Below are positions 47,931-62,125 of a stretch of 64,000 bases of DNA, one piece after another. This stretch comes from Octopus sinensis. Its lineage: Eukaryota. The stretch spans positions 3,286,001 to 3,350,000 of the forward strand of contig NC_043000.1 in the NCBI RefSeq assembly GCF_006345805.1, read 5' to 3'. The notes under the pieces are model-generated. The model was not told the DNA's origin and did not search any database. It was given only the letters and a program-made list of their open reading frames with translations. The translations under genes were made by a program, and so were the position numbers. Each line of letters opens with the position of its first letter. Positions within the stretch are counted from its first letter, which is position 1.

Positions 47931-49578
47931 TTTAGCTGTTGAAAGAGATATTTAGGAATGGAAGGCAAGGTTTATGATATCGGAGGAACATCATCTTCTT
48001 CCACCACTTTTTCTTGTTCTTTATGTAGTTCAGGCTTTCGGCAGGTGAAGAGAAAAGACTTCAAGCATAAATGCTATTTACAACTGGTTTATTTACAGGA
48101 AAGGTGAAGCATGTTGCTTTCAGCTACCATCTTAAGCTCTGACAGAGTGGGCGCAAGCCACTGGAGATAGACAGGCAGAAAAATCTGCCAGCGTTCGTGT
48201 TCAGCCAAATGCTGCTGTGCAAAAAGGTGCCAAAGAGAAGAGACAGGATGCAATCGGTTTTCCATCTACATCGTTCCGTCGCAAGCCTCATTGTGTTCTC
48301 GCACGTGACAAATGGATGCAGGTGAGGTCTCGCTCCAGTTTCAGAGATGGCAATGGTTGCCACGAGATCTCATCTAACATGGTGCAGGCTATTTGTGCTG
48401 CTACAGATACAATTGGCATGACTACACTGAAAGATACTTCTGAGGTCTTTTTCTCCTAGAGTTACTGGGAGTTTGATATGCGGTATCTAAGCTGCATGTG
48501 TATGATACTCAGGTATAGAAGGTCATGGGAGACTGAATAGTGCTATTATCTGTGTGAGAGTTGGAGGTTCTCTACATCAGTGATCTGATGTAGAAAAGGA
48601 GAAGAGGGGTAAACAGGACTGAACCCTAGGGTACACCAGAGTTGATAAAGTGTATGATGTTCTGCAGACACATTTTTACAGCCATCATGTATGTACATGT
48701 ATTTAACGGCTGAAATATAGTATACACACGTGTGTACTGAAATTACAAAATTATACACTACTGATTGGTTGATTGATTGATGTATGTATGTATGTACATA
48801 CATGCACACACACACACACACAAGATGGGCTTTCAATTTCTATCTGTTAAATCAACTCACAAGGCCTTGGTTGTCCCAGATCTATAGCAGAAGACACTTG
48901 CTCAGATTGCCACACAACAGGACTGAACTTGAAACATGTGGTAGAGAAACAAACTTATTACCACATGGCCACACCTTGTTCGCAATATTGATACACAGGA
49001 TCAAAACATAACTAGACATACTTTAGTTGTACAATGTAAAACAATGATTCTAGAATCAGTTTTCTAATAATGGTACGTAACCTTTTATGGTTCCTTTGAT
49101 TGGATTCTTTGAGGTTTCTATCGTGACTGTTTCTAGAACAAAGCTAAAAAAAAAAAAAAATAAGCATTGCTAAATGTTACAACCTCTGACTAGAATTCTG
49201 TAATAGAAATTTTGTTTCATTATCACCGGTAGCAACAGCATCATCACCACCACCACCACCACCACCACCATCATCATCACCACCATCACCACCATCACCA
49301 TCATCATTATCATTAACACCATGATAACAAACATCGTCATCATCACCCTGCCCATCACCAACACCACCTTCATCATTGTCATCACTGTCATCACCATCAC
49401 TGACAATGTTGTAGCAAGTTGCCTGGCTACATTTAGCATTCATTGCAAAATCAAATAATGCAATTGGCGGTTACAATCAAATTTTGTATCCAAGACGTGT
49501 GATCTGAAAAGAGGTTTTTAGGACTATATACATACATACATATGTATATACACGTATATGCATGTATATATGAGTGCT

Positions 49579-49666
<88 letters not shown>

Positions 49667-49700
49667 TATATATATATATGTGCATGTATATATATATATG

Positions 49701-49749
<49 letters not shown>

Positions 49750-50730
49750 GTATATGCATGTATGTATGTTGTATGTATACATATATTTATATAACACATA
49801 CAAACACACATATACACACACATATATCTTCTAATTATATATCACTGTTCATCCACTTGATGAGGGGGTGAACAAAAGAAATCAATGATGAATATATAAT
49901 TGCTTTCGGTGTACAATCATTTTAGCTTACACCTTCACAAATTCCAGCTATTTTCATTAACAACAACAACAACAACAACAATAACAACAACTACTACTAC
50001 TACTACTACTACAAAACCAGATTAGAATTTATTGGAAACAAAGGTGAAAAAAACTGATATTTATACAACATAAACTGATCGGTTGATGAAATCTCTTTAC
50101 AAACTCTAAACTCTGCATGTATTGTGATGTGTGAACATTTAATGGACAAATGTTGAGTAGCAACTAAAAATGAACAGCAATTGATCAATTATATATTACA
50201 AGCTTCTATTTGATGTAGAAATAATTTCTGTAAACATATGGTTGTTGTTATTATTATAATTATCATTATTATTATTATTATTATTAACGTTATTCTTGAC
50301 TGGTACTAGGTGGCTGTCATCCTCTTGGGACATCTATCGCATTTCATGCCTTTTTGTATGCTTTCGTTTACCATGGCCGTTTTTCTTTCATCATAATCAA
50401 TTCTGTATAACCCTAGCCACCTCCTTTATCCACACCATTTGTAACATTCTCTCATGTGTTGTCCTTGAGACAAATAAAAGAAAGCATCACCACCACCACC
50501 ACCATGACCACATCACCACTACCACCACTGCGACCATTACCACTTTTATGTTTTTTTCTTAAGGCAACAAGCTAACGAAATCATTAGCATTTTGCGAGGG
50601 GAAAAAAAGTTCAAATCCCACTTGGGCTGATTTTACATTTTATCCTGTTGAGCATTGAAGTTGATGTAATCGACTAACTCCACTACCTGAAATTATTGAC
50701 CTTCACCCATAATTAGAAAGAATTCTAGAA

Positions 50731-51886
<1,156 letters not shown>

Positions 51887-52100
51887 GGTGGCGAGCTGGT
51901 AGAATTGTTAGCACGCTAGATGAAATGCTTAGTGGTATTTTGCCTGTCGTTATGTTCTGAGTTCAAATTCTGCCGAGGTCGACTTTGCCTTTCATTCTTT
52001 TGGAGTCAATAAATTAAGTATCAGTGAAACACTGGGGTCAATATAATCGACTTAATCCCCTTCCCCAAGATGCCCTTGTGGCAAAAATTTGAAATCACTA
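51887..52100 (+). mobile_element. SINE family B (tail B2)
   Basis: Homology to family B. Confidence 0.85.
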
Positions 52101-52104
52101 TTTT

Positions 52105-52140
<36 letters not shown>

Positions 52141-52534
52141 AACTACTACTACTACTATTATTATTATTATATTATTATTATTATTATTATTTTTCCTTCT
52201 TTCTTCAAATTTTCTTCCGTTTCTCGCTGAGTGTTTTCCATACACCTAGGGCAGAGAAGCTCATTGTATGCATTCCCAGATTACACACGCAAATTCACAG
52301 GTAAAATATGTATTTAAAAAATTAATGAATAAATAAATTCATGAATGGATGTTGTTTTCACAGCGATAATGCTCTTCTCAGTACATGAGCCATTCCAGTT
52401 AACACGATTTTTTGCATTACCTGTGGGGATGGTAAGCCTGGTATCATTTTCAAATAGGTTTCAGTACCTTTTTTTATCATTCTTAGAGATCCTACAATCA
52501 CTGGTACTGTAGTCGCCTTGAGATGCCACATTTA

Positions 52535-52755
52535 GTCAGAAACGTTAGCACGTCAGGCGAAATGCTTAGCAGTATTTCATTTGCCGTTACATTCTGAGTT
52601 CAAATTCCGCCGAGGTCGACTTTGCCTTTCATCCTTTCGGGGTCGATAAATTTAGTACCAGTAACGCACTGGGGTCGATGTAATCGATTCAATCTCTTTG
52701 TCTGCCCTTGTTTGTCCCCTCTATGTTTAGCCCCTTGTGGGTAATAAAGAAATAT
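52535..52755 (+). mobile_element. SINE family B (tail B1, 5' clipped)
   Basis: Homology to family B. Confidence 0.85.
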
Positions 52756-52834
52756 ATTATTATTATTATTATTATCATTATTATCATTATTATTATTATT
52801 GTTATTATTACTATTATTATTACTACTACTACTA

Positions 52835-53306
52835 CTATCATCATCATCATCATCATCATCATTTAGCGTCCGCTTTCCATGCTAGCATGGGTTGGACGGT
52901 TCAACTGGGGTCTGTGAAGCCAGAAGGCTGCATCAGGCCCAGTCTGATCTGGCAGTGTTTCTACGGCTGGATGCCCTTCCTAACGCCAACCTCTCCGTGA
53001 GTGTAGTGGGTGATTTTTACGTGCCACCCGCACAGGTGCCAGGCGAGGCTGGCAACGGCCACGATCGGATGGTGCTTTTTACATGCCACCGACACGGGGG
53101 CCAGGCGAAGCTGGCAATGGCCACGAACGGATGGTGCTTTTTACATGCCACCGGCACGGAGGCCAGTCGGGGCAGCGCTGGCAATGGCCACGATCGGATG
53201 GTTCGCTTACTTGTCACCGGCACTGGTATCACAGCTGCAATTTCCATTGATGTTGATCGACTTCGATTTTGGTTCTGCTTTCTGATATCTGATTTGATTT
53301 GGTTTG

Positions 53307-53310
<4 letters not shown>
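52835..53310 (-). mobile_element. RTE LINE 3'-end copy
   Basis: (CAT)n plus 3' UTR units. Confidence 0.85.
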
Positions 53311-53360
<50 letters not shown>

Positions 53361-53444
53361 GGTGGCAAGCAGGCAGAATCTTTAGCATGCTAGGCAAAAT
53401 GCTTAATGATATTTCATCTTTAAGAGATATATTATCATACAATA

Positions 53445-53745
53445 ATTAGCTGGCACTTCCTTTCCTATTGATTTTTGACAACAATATACATCCAATTAGC
53501 ATTCATTGCCATTTTTGTGCAGATTAGCATATCATAGAGTATGGTGACTTTTTCCACTGAAGCCTTTTCTCAATTATGCTTATGTTACTGCTTTTCTGAT
53601 TGTGTTTCATAATGATGTCATAACTTGTGTAGCATGAAAACCTAAACTCTGACATGCCCGTAGATGTAGTCTCCTTTAGCCAAGACCGGGCAACCAGAGA
53701 TAATATGATTAATTATTTCCTTCCAGCATCTACACATGTTGCAGT
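53445..53745 (-). pseudogene. R4/Dong-clade LINE fragment (CCHC knuckle and start of the RLE endonuclease)
   Basis: CNMCRCWKEIINHIISGCPVLAKGDY...EKVTILYDM...IVVKNQ*ERKCQLI. Confidence 0.75.
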
Positions 53746-53755
53746 AACAGTATGT

Positions 53756-54115
53756 ATCATCATCATCATCATCATCATCGTTTAAAGTCCGTTCTCCATG
53801 CTAGCATGGGTTGGACGGTTTGACCGGGGATCTGGGAAGCCAGAAGGCTGCACCAAGATCCGGTCTTATCTGGCAATGTTTCTACAGCTGGATGCCCTTC
53901 CTAACGTCAACCACTCTGTGAGTGTAGTGGGTGCTTTTTACGTGCCACCTGCACTGGAGCCAGGCGAGTCTGGCATCGGCCACGGTCGGATTGGTGCATT
54001 TTACGTGCCACCTACACGGAAGCCAGTCGAGGCGGCACTGGCTTCGGCCACAATTCGGATGGTGCTTTTTATGTGCCACCAACACGGAAGCCAGTCGAGG
54101 CGGCGCTGGCATCAT
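53756..54115 (-). mobile_element. RTE LINE 3'-end copy
   Basis: (CAT)n plus 3' UTR. Confidence 0.85.
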
Positions 54116-54376
54116 ATTAATGTATAATATGCTTTTTATGTATATATAGTGTATAATATGATTGTGTACCACTAATCAAGAATACTTTAGTCTCAGCTTT
54201 GAATCCTGAACTTCCCAGCCTCCTTTGCAACACAACATAAACAGGTAATGCATACATACACAAGTGGCGAACAACCACATCTTATCAGGAGAGATGTATA
54301 TAAACATCAAGATTTTTATGATCTCAAAACACCACAAATTATACTCTATTGAAATAGCAGAAAGGAGTTTAATGAA

Positions 54377-55100
54377 ATGATTGGCGAAGTTACTCCATCT
54401 GTGGTAGTTAAGGTTTTAATTGTCTTGATACTGAATGCATCTTCATTGACAAGACAAACTGTAAGGGATCAGATTTCTGAATTCATTAAGTAAGAATTGA
54501 CAGATGTAACTACTACAGAGAAATAGGCAGTATCATTAAAAAGAAAAATTAGAGTTGAATCTATCAGTGTTAGCAAAGATTTAGCAACAAAGAGTAACAA
54601 AATAGAGAAGACAGTGAACTGATTAGAAGAGATAAACAGAAAAGGCATCGCTTACAACACACTTGCAGGAAGAAAGGCCCTTAACCACTTCCTTGATGAA
54701 GGATATGTTCTTCAGGTTAGGGCACATACTCTGAAACACAAGGGAATGAATAATGTTTGATGAGTGTGGATGATTAAGATAGAATGTAGCAAAAGTCACA
54801 CTTTGGTCTTTAGAGGACTGTACTATCCAATTCCAAGCAGATGTGAGCAATTTTTTAGAGACACTGTGTTGAACAGTCTTTAAAGATCAACAGATGGAGA
54901 TGGTAGATTTCACTGCCTGCCGAGGCAGTGTGCAATGAACTTTGGTTGAAAATGGAGAGTGTTGCAAAAAACAACTTCAGCAGATAAAATAGTAGATATG
55001 CTAAATGGCTCTGCAATGAGCAAACTGCTTGGACTGAATGGCCTGTCCTACAAACTTTACTGTACATGCCAGACATGTCTGCTAGTGTCTTCACAGCTGT
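54377..55100 (+). pseudogene. Decayed LINE fragment, probably an APE endonuclease (L2/CR1-like)
   Basis: Long frame with few stops; VWMIKIE..LVFRGLYYP, DFTA (GDFN-like), LLGLNG. Confidence 0.4.
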
Positions 55101-55136
55101 CTATTGCAAGTGGTTACTCTGCTGAGAAAGGACTAA

Positions 55137-55463
55137 GAAGTTCAGGAGGAATTGATAGAATTACAAAATGATAATGACGCCACAATGCGATATTGCCGTA
55201 ATGGCAAAGAAGGTTTGTGGTACCATCAGAGTATATTGAATTCCTACCCCAATCTGTGAAACATCTGAAATTACTTTTGCTTGCCTTCCCTACCTCATAC
55301 CTGGTTGAATCTAGTTTTAGCCATGTTGGAACTTTACTTTCCCCAAAAAGAATTGGATTGGATGTGACACAATGAGAAGACTTGCGGCTAAAGTCGACAA
55401 GTTCAAAACCAAATGTCTCTGCACTAGCTAGCTGCACTGCACCAGACACATGGTTCTCATTAA
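55137..55463 (+). pseudogene. hAT (Buster/Charlie) transposase C-terminal dimerisation region, inverted relative to the rest of the element
   Basis: EVQEELIELQND...YPNL...LLLAFPTSYLVESSFS...DLRL...SH*. Confidence 0.8.
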
Positions 55464-55619
55464 AAAGTTTTATTCTTTTCCTTTATAATACAATCATTAA
55501 TTTTTTTTGCATCGGTAGTTCTGATCAAGGGTTCATTTGGGGGAAATGAAAATCGGTGTAAAAGAAAGCGCAAGTTTCCAGAAGTTAATCTGTCTGAAAA
55601 ATATAGAGTTAACGTTAGA

Positions 55620-57430
55620 ATTTTATTCACACTAATGGCAAAACTAAACCCACAATAAAGCAATATTCAGCGCAATAACATGTTGAAATCACTCCACCAT
55701 GTTATCGTGCAATGATTCTAAATAGTTGTGATATGTAGTTAAATTCTCATCAATCAATTCATCTTTCAAAGAATCAAGTTGTGGAAATTGATGGAATTGA
55801 CATTTTGAAATGTTAGTCTTAAACAACTCCAATTTCGAAATGAAGGTAGTGATAAATGATTTACAATCAACGAGAGTTTTTCTGTTTCTTTGAAATAACT
55901 TATTCAAATCATTTAATTTTGTGAATATATCACAAAGAAAAAAGATATTGTAGCTATCAATGAAGTGGACAGTGGAGTATCTTCAGAGAAAGATATGATT
56001 ATATGAAACAGTTCAACAAAGCATAAAACACAGTTTCTCGTTGACAGCCACCACATTTCGGTAGAGTATAAGAGTTTAGTATGGTCCTCATCATTTCTCA
56101 GACAGAGTTGATGGAAAATTCGATCAGACAAGGGACCGGATTTCAATTTGTTCACAGTCTTGATAACTAACTGAAGCACATCATTCAATCTATCGTTCAT
56201 ATTTTTTTCCACTAAATGCTGCTGGTGTGCCAAGCAATGAACAGTTAGTCTCTGGTGGGAAATGTCATGCTTTAGGAGAGATGAAAAACCTCTGTATCTT
56301 CCTATCACCGAAGAAGCTCCATCAGATGCACAGGCAAGAATATTACTGAGTGGGATATTATGTTCAAAAAGGAAAGACTTGAGAGTGTGAAAAATAGTCG
56401 CACCTTTTGAATCAAGTGGCAATTTCTCTGTGACTAGCGTTTCCTCACAAGGCTGAAGGGTCTTCGCTGAAATACCGAACATATACCATCATCAAACATT
56501 GATTGTCCACAACAGTTGACTCATCCACTTGTATAGAAAATTTAGAACACTGGAGAATATTAATGAACTAATGTTTGACATCATTGGCCATTTCATCGAT
56601 GCATCGAGAAATTGTATTATTACTAAGTGGGATCTTCTTAATGTTATCAGGATGTTGTTGCTCTTCCATTACTTTCACAAACAGCAGTAACTTTATTCAG
56701 CTGAATACACATCATTGATTGGTTAAAATTACCTAAATATGACAACTTCAATATGAAATAACTTCTAAAATACAAAATTTTGTCAAAAACGTTAAAAGTA
56801 AACTGTGTTCTACGTGACACATTCAACCAGTATCTGAAGTTTCAAACTGTTTAGTTAAAAAGAATTAATTAAAAAATCTGCGACTCAGATTGAAAAGATC
56901 TAAGAAACCTGATTTCAAAGCTGTCATTTTGTCCGTGACTGCACAATTTGTCAACATCCTGAAAATAGCACTTGTGTTTTGATATGAACCCACAGAATTA
57001 CACACGACATATAACCCCTCATAACTTTGTTATTTTGGGGATTTTCAGGAAATTTTTGCAAATTTGAATTTGACGCGCAGGACTTCATACAATTATGCCA
57101 AAAAAAAAAAACATTGTTGTAGAGTGTGATTTAAGGCCTAGGCCTATTTGGCTGCTATTTTTAGCATGCATGACAACCATCTCAATGACTGACAAAAATA
57201 TTCGATTGACAAAAAAGTGTTTTTAATACAAAGGGACATCTCATGTGAGTAGTCAAATCAATAAAAGTGCATCCTTATTCAAGGCATGACTAGATATTAG
57301 CAAATGCAGAATTCATTGTCACCCACAAAATGTTCATATCACCCACCAAAATCTCAAATCGCCCACCATTTTCTAGAAATTTGCCCGTCGCCCACTTGTA
57401 AGTTGAAATCACCCACTTTGGGAAGCTACG
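55620..57430 (-). mobile_element. hAT (Buster/Charlie) transposon remnant: 5' end plus transposase core
   Basis: IPLSNNTISRCIDEM, FSIQVDEST, CASDGA, VHCLAH, WWLS; TIR-like CGTAGCTTCCCAAAGTGGG and repeated GTGGG(C/T)GA subterminal motifs at 57325-57430. Confidence 0.8.
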
Positions 57431-57599
57431 ATTTAGATCAATCTAGAGATTATGACAGCTATTGCCATTTGATAGCCATGCTAAGAAGAAATGGTTTCAA
57501 AGGTTTGATTACTATAATGTGCAGAAGTATCTGTTTGGTGGGAAAATACTTGAAACTTCTGCATGCTATAGCACAAAAGCCGTTGCTATAGAAATTGGA

Positions 57600-58490
57600 G
57601 ATATTGAAGAGCACCTCACTTGAACTATGACATGTAAGGGTCATGTCTGTTTATGTAGGTGTCACCATCATGATGTTGGACACTAAGATGGCTAGCACTA
57701 TTCTGAATAAGGACCTAGAGGCAATGAGAGCATACCTTAACCAAGAGAAGTTAGTGGGTTCACAATCCAGCACCTAGAGAGACAAGTCAGTATGGGAGAG
57801 GGCTCACTGTAGCTGGTCCAAGAGATCATTTGAGGTTGTCCGATTCAAACTGGACTTTTAGGTAAAGAATAACAAGAAAGAGGTCAGAGAAGGCTGGCAA
57901 TCTTACTCAGAAATAAGTTGAGAGGAGTGGTCAAAGAAAGTCAGACAGAAGAAACTTATGGCTATATCAATTCACCTGACCGTGATACCTTGTCCTAGGA
58001 AACATCTGATCAAAGTCGACCATATATTCTTTCACTTTAGTGAAAGGGATAACTTCAGTAGGGATTCATTTAATGTCTATGCATTTTCGACAGGTGTACT
58101 CATGTTGAACAGTTGTTATCGCTTGTGGTATGGATCTAGCTGTCAACTGGGTCTACTGTAAAAGGAATGGTGAGGAGATATCTTCTGTCTGATGGCCATG
58201 GTGAAGGAAGTTATTGTGAATGCACTTGAAACACTTGAGTTCAGCTTTTCCACTTAGGTTATACTCTCATCAATTTCTTTATGTGCTAGATATGTAGAAA
58301 GTCAATGGGAAAATAGGAAAAGCTGCCCTGCAGTAAATTTTATGAAAGTTGAGTGAGTGGTAAAACTGGCATGGTTAGATGAATCCACATTATGTGGTTG
58401 TAGGCAAATGAAAAGAACTGGAAGAAGAAGGTACTGGCTTTTGGTGTTGTAAGAGTAAAAATTTGAGGTTTTAAGTAGGATGACCTGAAT
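57600..58490 (-). pseudogene. Possible highly decayed CR1/L2-like RT fragment
   Basis: Weak resemblance to the PxKGDxSN, GVPQG and YADD regions. Confidence 0.3.
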
Positions 58491-58799
58491 CATATTTTGT
58501 AGTTATCCAGGGGTATTCTTTCTTGTTCTTATTTTGATGTTTTGTACAATGTTAGCATTATTTATTATTAAATATTTATTAATTTAATGAGCATTTATCT
58601 CAATGTAACTCCCCAACTGATCCCTCTTATTGTTCTTTTTCTTTCGTATTTTGCCTTTATACTGTCCTCAAAATCTTGAATCTTTATGGACAAAAAAATT
58701 ATCATTGACAGCAGTGGAGTTATTATTATTATTATCATTATTATTATTATCATTATTATTATTATTATTATTATTATTGATGATGATGATGATGATGAT

Positions 58800-59030
58800 A
58801 GAAGCGGTGAGCTGGTAGAATCGTTAGGACACTGGTTGAAACGCTTAATTGTATTTCGCCTGTTGCTACATCCTGAGTTCAAATTTTACATGGTTGACTT
58901 TGCCTTTCATCGTTTTGGGGTTGATAAATTAAGTACCAGTGAAATACTGGTGGGGGTCAATGTAATCACTAGTCAATGTAATCAACAAGTCCCCACCCAC
59001 CAAAGTTTTGGCTTTGTGCCTTTAGTAGAA
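58800..59030 (+). mobile_element. SINE family B (tail B2, degenerate)
   Basis: Homology to family B. Confidence 0.75.
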
Positions 59031-59626
59031 AGGATGATTATAATTATTCCTTTCTACAATAGGCACAAGGCCTGTATTATTATAATTATTCATTATTGTA
59101 TATGGTTGTCCACGTCTGTTATACATACATAAATACATACAAATAAACATACATTGTGACCGTCAACTTGTAAATGAGTACAACCATCATTTACAAATTA
59201 TCTGATTCCAGCTGTTTCAGACAATGGCTATCGGCAATGCCCACGCTGAGATTTAGAATCAATTACAGCTTGCACAGCATCACCAAAACTCTCACCTACA
59301 AAGCCAAGTAGTCCAGAAACAAGCAAGTGCAAGATCTCTGACTTCTCAAGGATGTGGATGTTATTTCAGAATTTCCCTCTTCTAGAGAAATGTCTAACCA
59401 AAGACTACAGGTATCTCACTCCAAGCTGTAGGATGGCCATTCATTCTAATGAGTTAATGGATCCTTTGACAAGTTTTGTTTTTCATTATTCAGAGTAACC
59501 CTTTCCAAGCATGCTTGGTAAGGTTACTGGTTTAGTCACTGGTAACCTGGACCATGCAGGGGTTGTACTGGGTTACATGTTGCCGGTAGCACTAAAACTG
59601 ACCTAAGCTCTGACATATATACATAC

Positions 59627-60063
59627 ATGCATTCATACATACATATGTACAAACATACATACATACATACATGCATACATGCATGCATGCATACATACAT
59701 ACATACATACATACATACATACATACATACATGCATGCATGCATGCATACATATATACATACATGCATACATACATACATACATACATACATGCATGCAT
59801 GCATACATAAATACATACATACATACATGCATGCATGCATACATACATACATACATACATACATACATGCATACATGCATGCATGCATAGATACATACAT
59901 ACATACATACATACATACATACATACATGCATGCATGCATACATACATACATACATACAAACATACATACATACATACATGCATGCATGCATGCATACAT
60001 ACATACATGCATGCATACATACATACATACATGCATGCATACATACATACATGCATACATACA

Positions 60064-60098
<35 letters not shown>

Positions 60099-60100
60099 GC
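59627..60100. repeat. (TACA/TGCA)n compound microsatellite
   Basis: Direct reading. Confidence 0.95.
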
Positions 60101-60231
60101 ATATACATAGGTAAATATATTTTATATTGATATTAATATAATCAATTCTACATAAACTCTCACAATTTTTGTGATTCTCCTTTTTGTATTTTGCAATGTC
60201 CCTGCATCCATCACTCATGTGACAAATAAAA

Positions 60232-60517
60232 GAAATCATCACCATCATCATCATCCTCATCCTCATCATCATCATCATCATCATCACCAACATCATCAAC
60301 ATCATCATCATCGTCGTCGTCGTCGTCGTCATCATCATCATCATCATCATTATCCTCATCAACATCATCATCACCATCACCATCACCATCATCCTCATCA
60401 TCCTCATCATCACCATCATCCTCATCATCCTCATCATCATCCTCATCCTCATCATCATCATCATCATCATCACCAACATCATCACCATCATCCTCATCAT
60501 CCTCATCATCCTCCTCC

Positions 60518-60551
<34 letters not shown>

Positions 60552-60571
60552 CATCCTCATCATCATCATCC

Positions 60572-60613
<42 letters not shown>
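60232..60613. repeat. (CAT/CCT/CAC)n compound microsatellite
   Basis: Direct reading. Confidence 0.95.
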
Positions 60614-60989
60614 AGATTATTATGATTAATGTATTTACCTTCAATAATTGAGAGTGAGGAAGTTCAGTGAAATTATTGATGGCTATTTCCTTCTTCGTTC
60701 TGGCCAGCTGAGCAGTTGGCCTGAATGATCTTCCGATTGTAGGTACAGGATAACTCACTTGCCGTGCAGGAGATAGGGGAGATGAGGATCCATTTGAATG
60801 ACTTTATCGATAAAAGAGATAAAATATCTAGACGTTAATTATTTCACACCTGAAGGGAAATGACAGATTTGGCACGAGACAACAAATAATAGACATTCAA
60901 ATTATATGGTAACTTCAGAGAAATACAATAGCTGTAACTCTATTTACAGAAATTTCATATACTTAGTTGTGGTTGTGCGTTTAAGCAGG

Positions 60990-61165
60990 TGCAAGCATGG
61001 CTGTGTGGTTAAGAAGATTGTTTTCCAACCACATGGTTTCAGGTTCAGTCCCACTGCATGGCATGTTGGGTGAGTGTCTCCTACTATGGCAATGGGCTGA
61101 CCAAAGCCTTGTGAGTGAATTTGGTTGATGGAAACTGAAAAGAAGCCTGTCATATATATGCATGT
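60990..61165 (+). mobile_element. SINE family A, 5' half
   Basis: Homology to family A. Confidence 0.8.
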
Positions 61166-61342
61166 GTGTGTGTTTCTGTGGAGAGGTTATGTGTCTTCAG
61201 TCAATGAGTCTGATGAGTCACTTTATACAGCTCAGAGCTTTATAGGTGTGTAACCAATGGTTACTTTCTGAACAATCATAACAGACAACCTTATATACAC
61301 ACATGCACACCCACACCCACCCACATACATGTATACATATTC

Positions 61343-61418
<76 letters not shown>

Positions 61419-61524
61419 ATATGAGGGAATATTATTCCAAATTTACAGGGAAAAATTCAATTTAGAAATACTAAATCAAATTTCACAAAATATAATATAA
61501 ATATATATATGAATTAGGAAAAAC

Positions 61525-61872
61525 ACACCTTTTATCAATTCAATAATGAATAATTAAATTATACCATTTAGAAAAATTATATAATGGCGGTGCCCCAGCA
61601 TGGCCACAGCTCGTGAGCTGAAACTAGATAAAATAAAAATAAATATTATAGAAAGATTAAATATAAGATAAAACATATAACAATGATTAAGTAATGTGCA
61701 AAATAATAAATAAAACATATATATTTGGTATATATATGTTTTATTTATTATTTTGCACATTACTTTTATGTTTTATCTCATATTTAATCTCTATATTATA
61801 AATCTTTCTATAATATGTAATTTTTCTAAATGGTATAATTCAATTTTTCATTATTGAATTGATAAAAGGTGT
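61525..61872. mobile_element. AT-rich fold-back (nested inverted repeat) element
   Basis: Outer arms at 61525-61580 and 61819-61872; perfect central hairpin at 61689-61765. Confidence 0.75.
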
Positions 61873-61948
<76 letters not shown>

Positions 61949-61951
<3 letters not shown>

Positions 61952-62125
61952 TATATATAAATGGCAATTTCTTCTTTCTGCCTGTTACCATCTTAATGCC
62001 TACACCAGTGAACCACTCTTCACAAAACTTTGCATACAAGTTAAACTAACATCCAGTTTAATTACAGGCCAATTGGACTTCAATAAAAATCTATAATGGG
62101 ACCCTATGGTGGGGTTGGGCTATTA
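61949..62125 (+). mobile_element. Possible Helitron 5' fragment
   Basis: A|TCTTATATATAAA start like the other two Helitrons; no CTAG end seen. Confidence 0.35.

Noticed and set aside
48124-48459. Moderately GC-rich ORFs on both strands
   Set aside because: No recognisable domain or consistent splice structure; probably decayed TE
59200-59235. GAAACAGCTG palindrome on the minus strand
   Set aside because: No CUGANGA core, and the triplet is GGA
59536-60758. Long ORFs (388, 190, 152 aa), including poly-Met and poly-His
   Set aside because: Translations of (CAT)n and (TACA)n microsatellites; no domain content
61170-61230. CTGAAGA...GAAAC on the minus strand and CTGATGAGTC on the plus strand
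   Set aside because: No stem II, no NUH triplet and no stem I pairing
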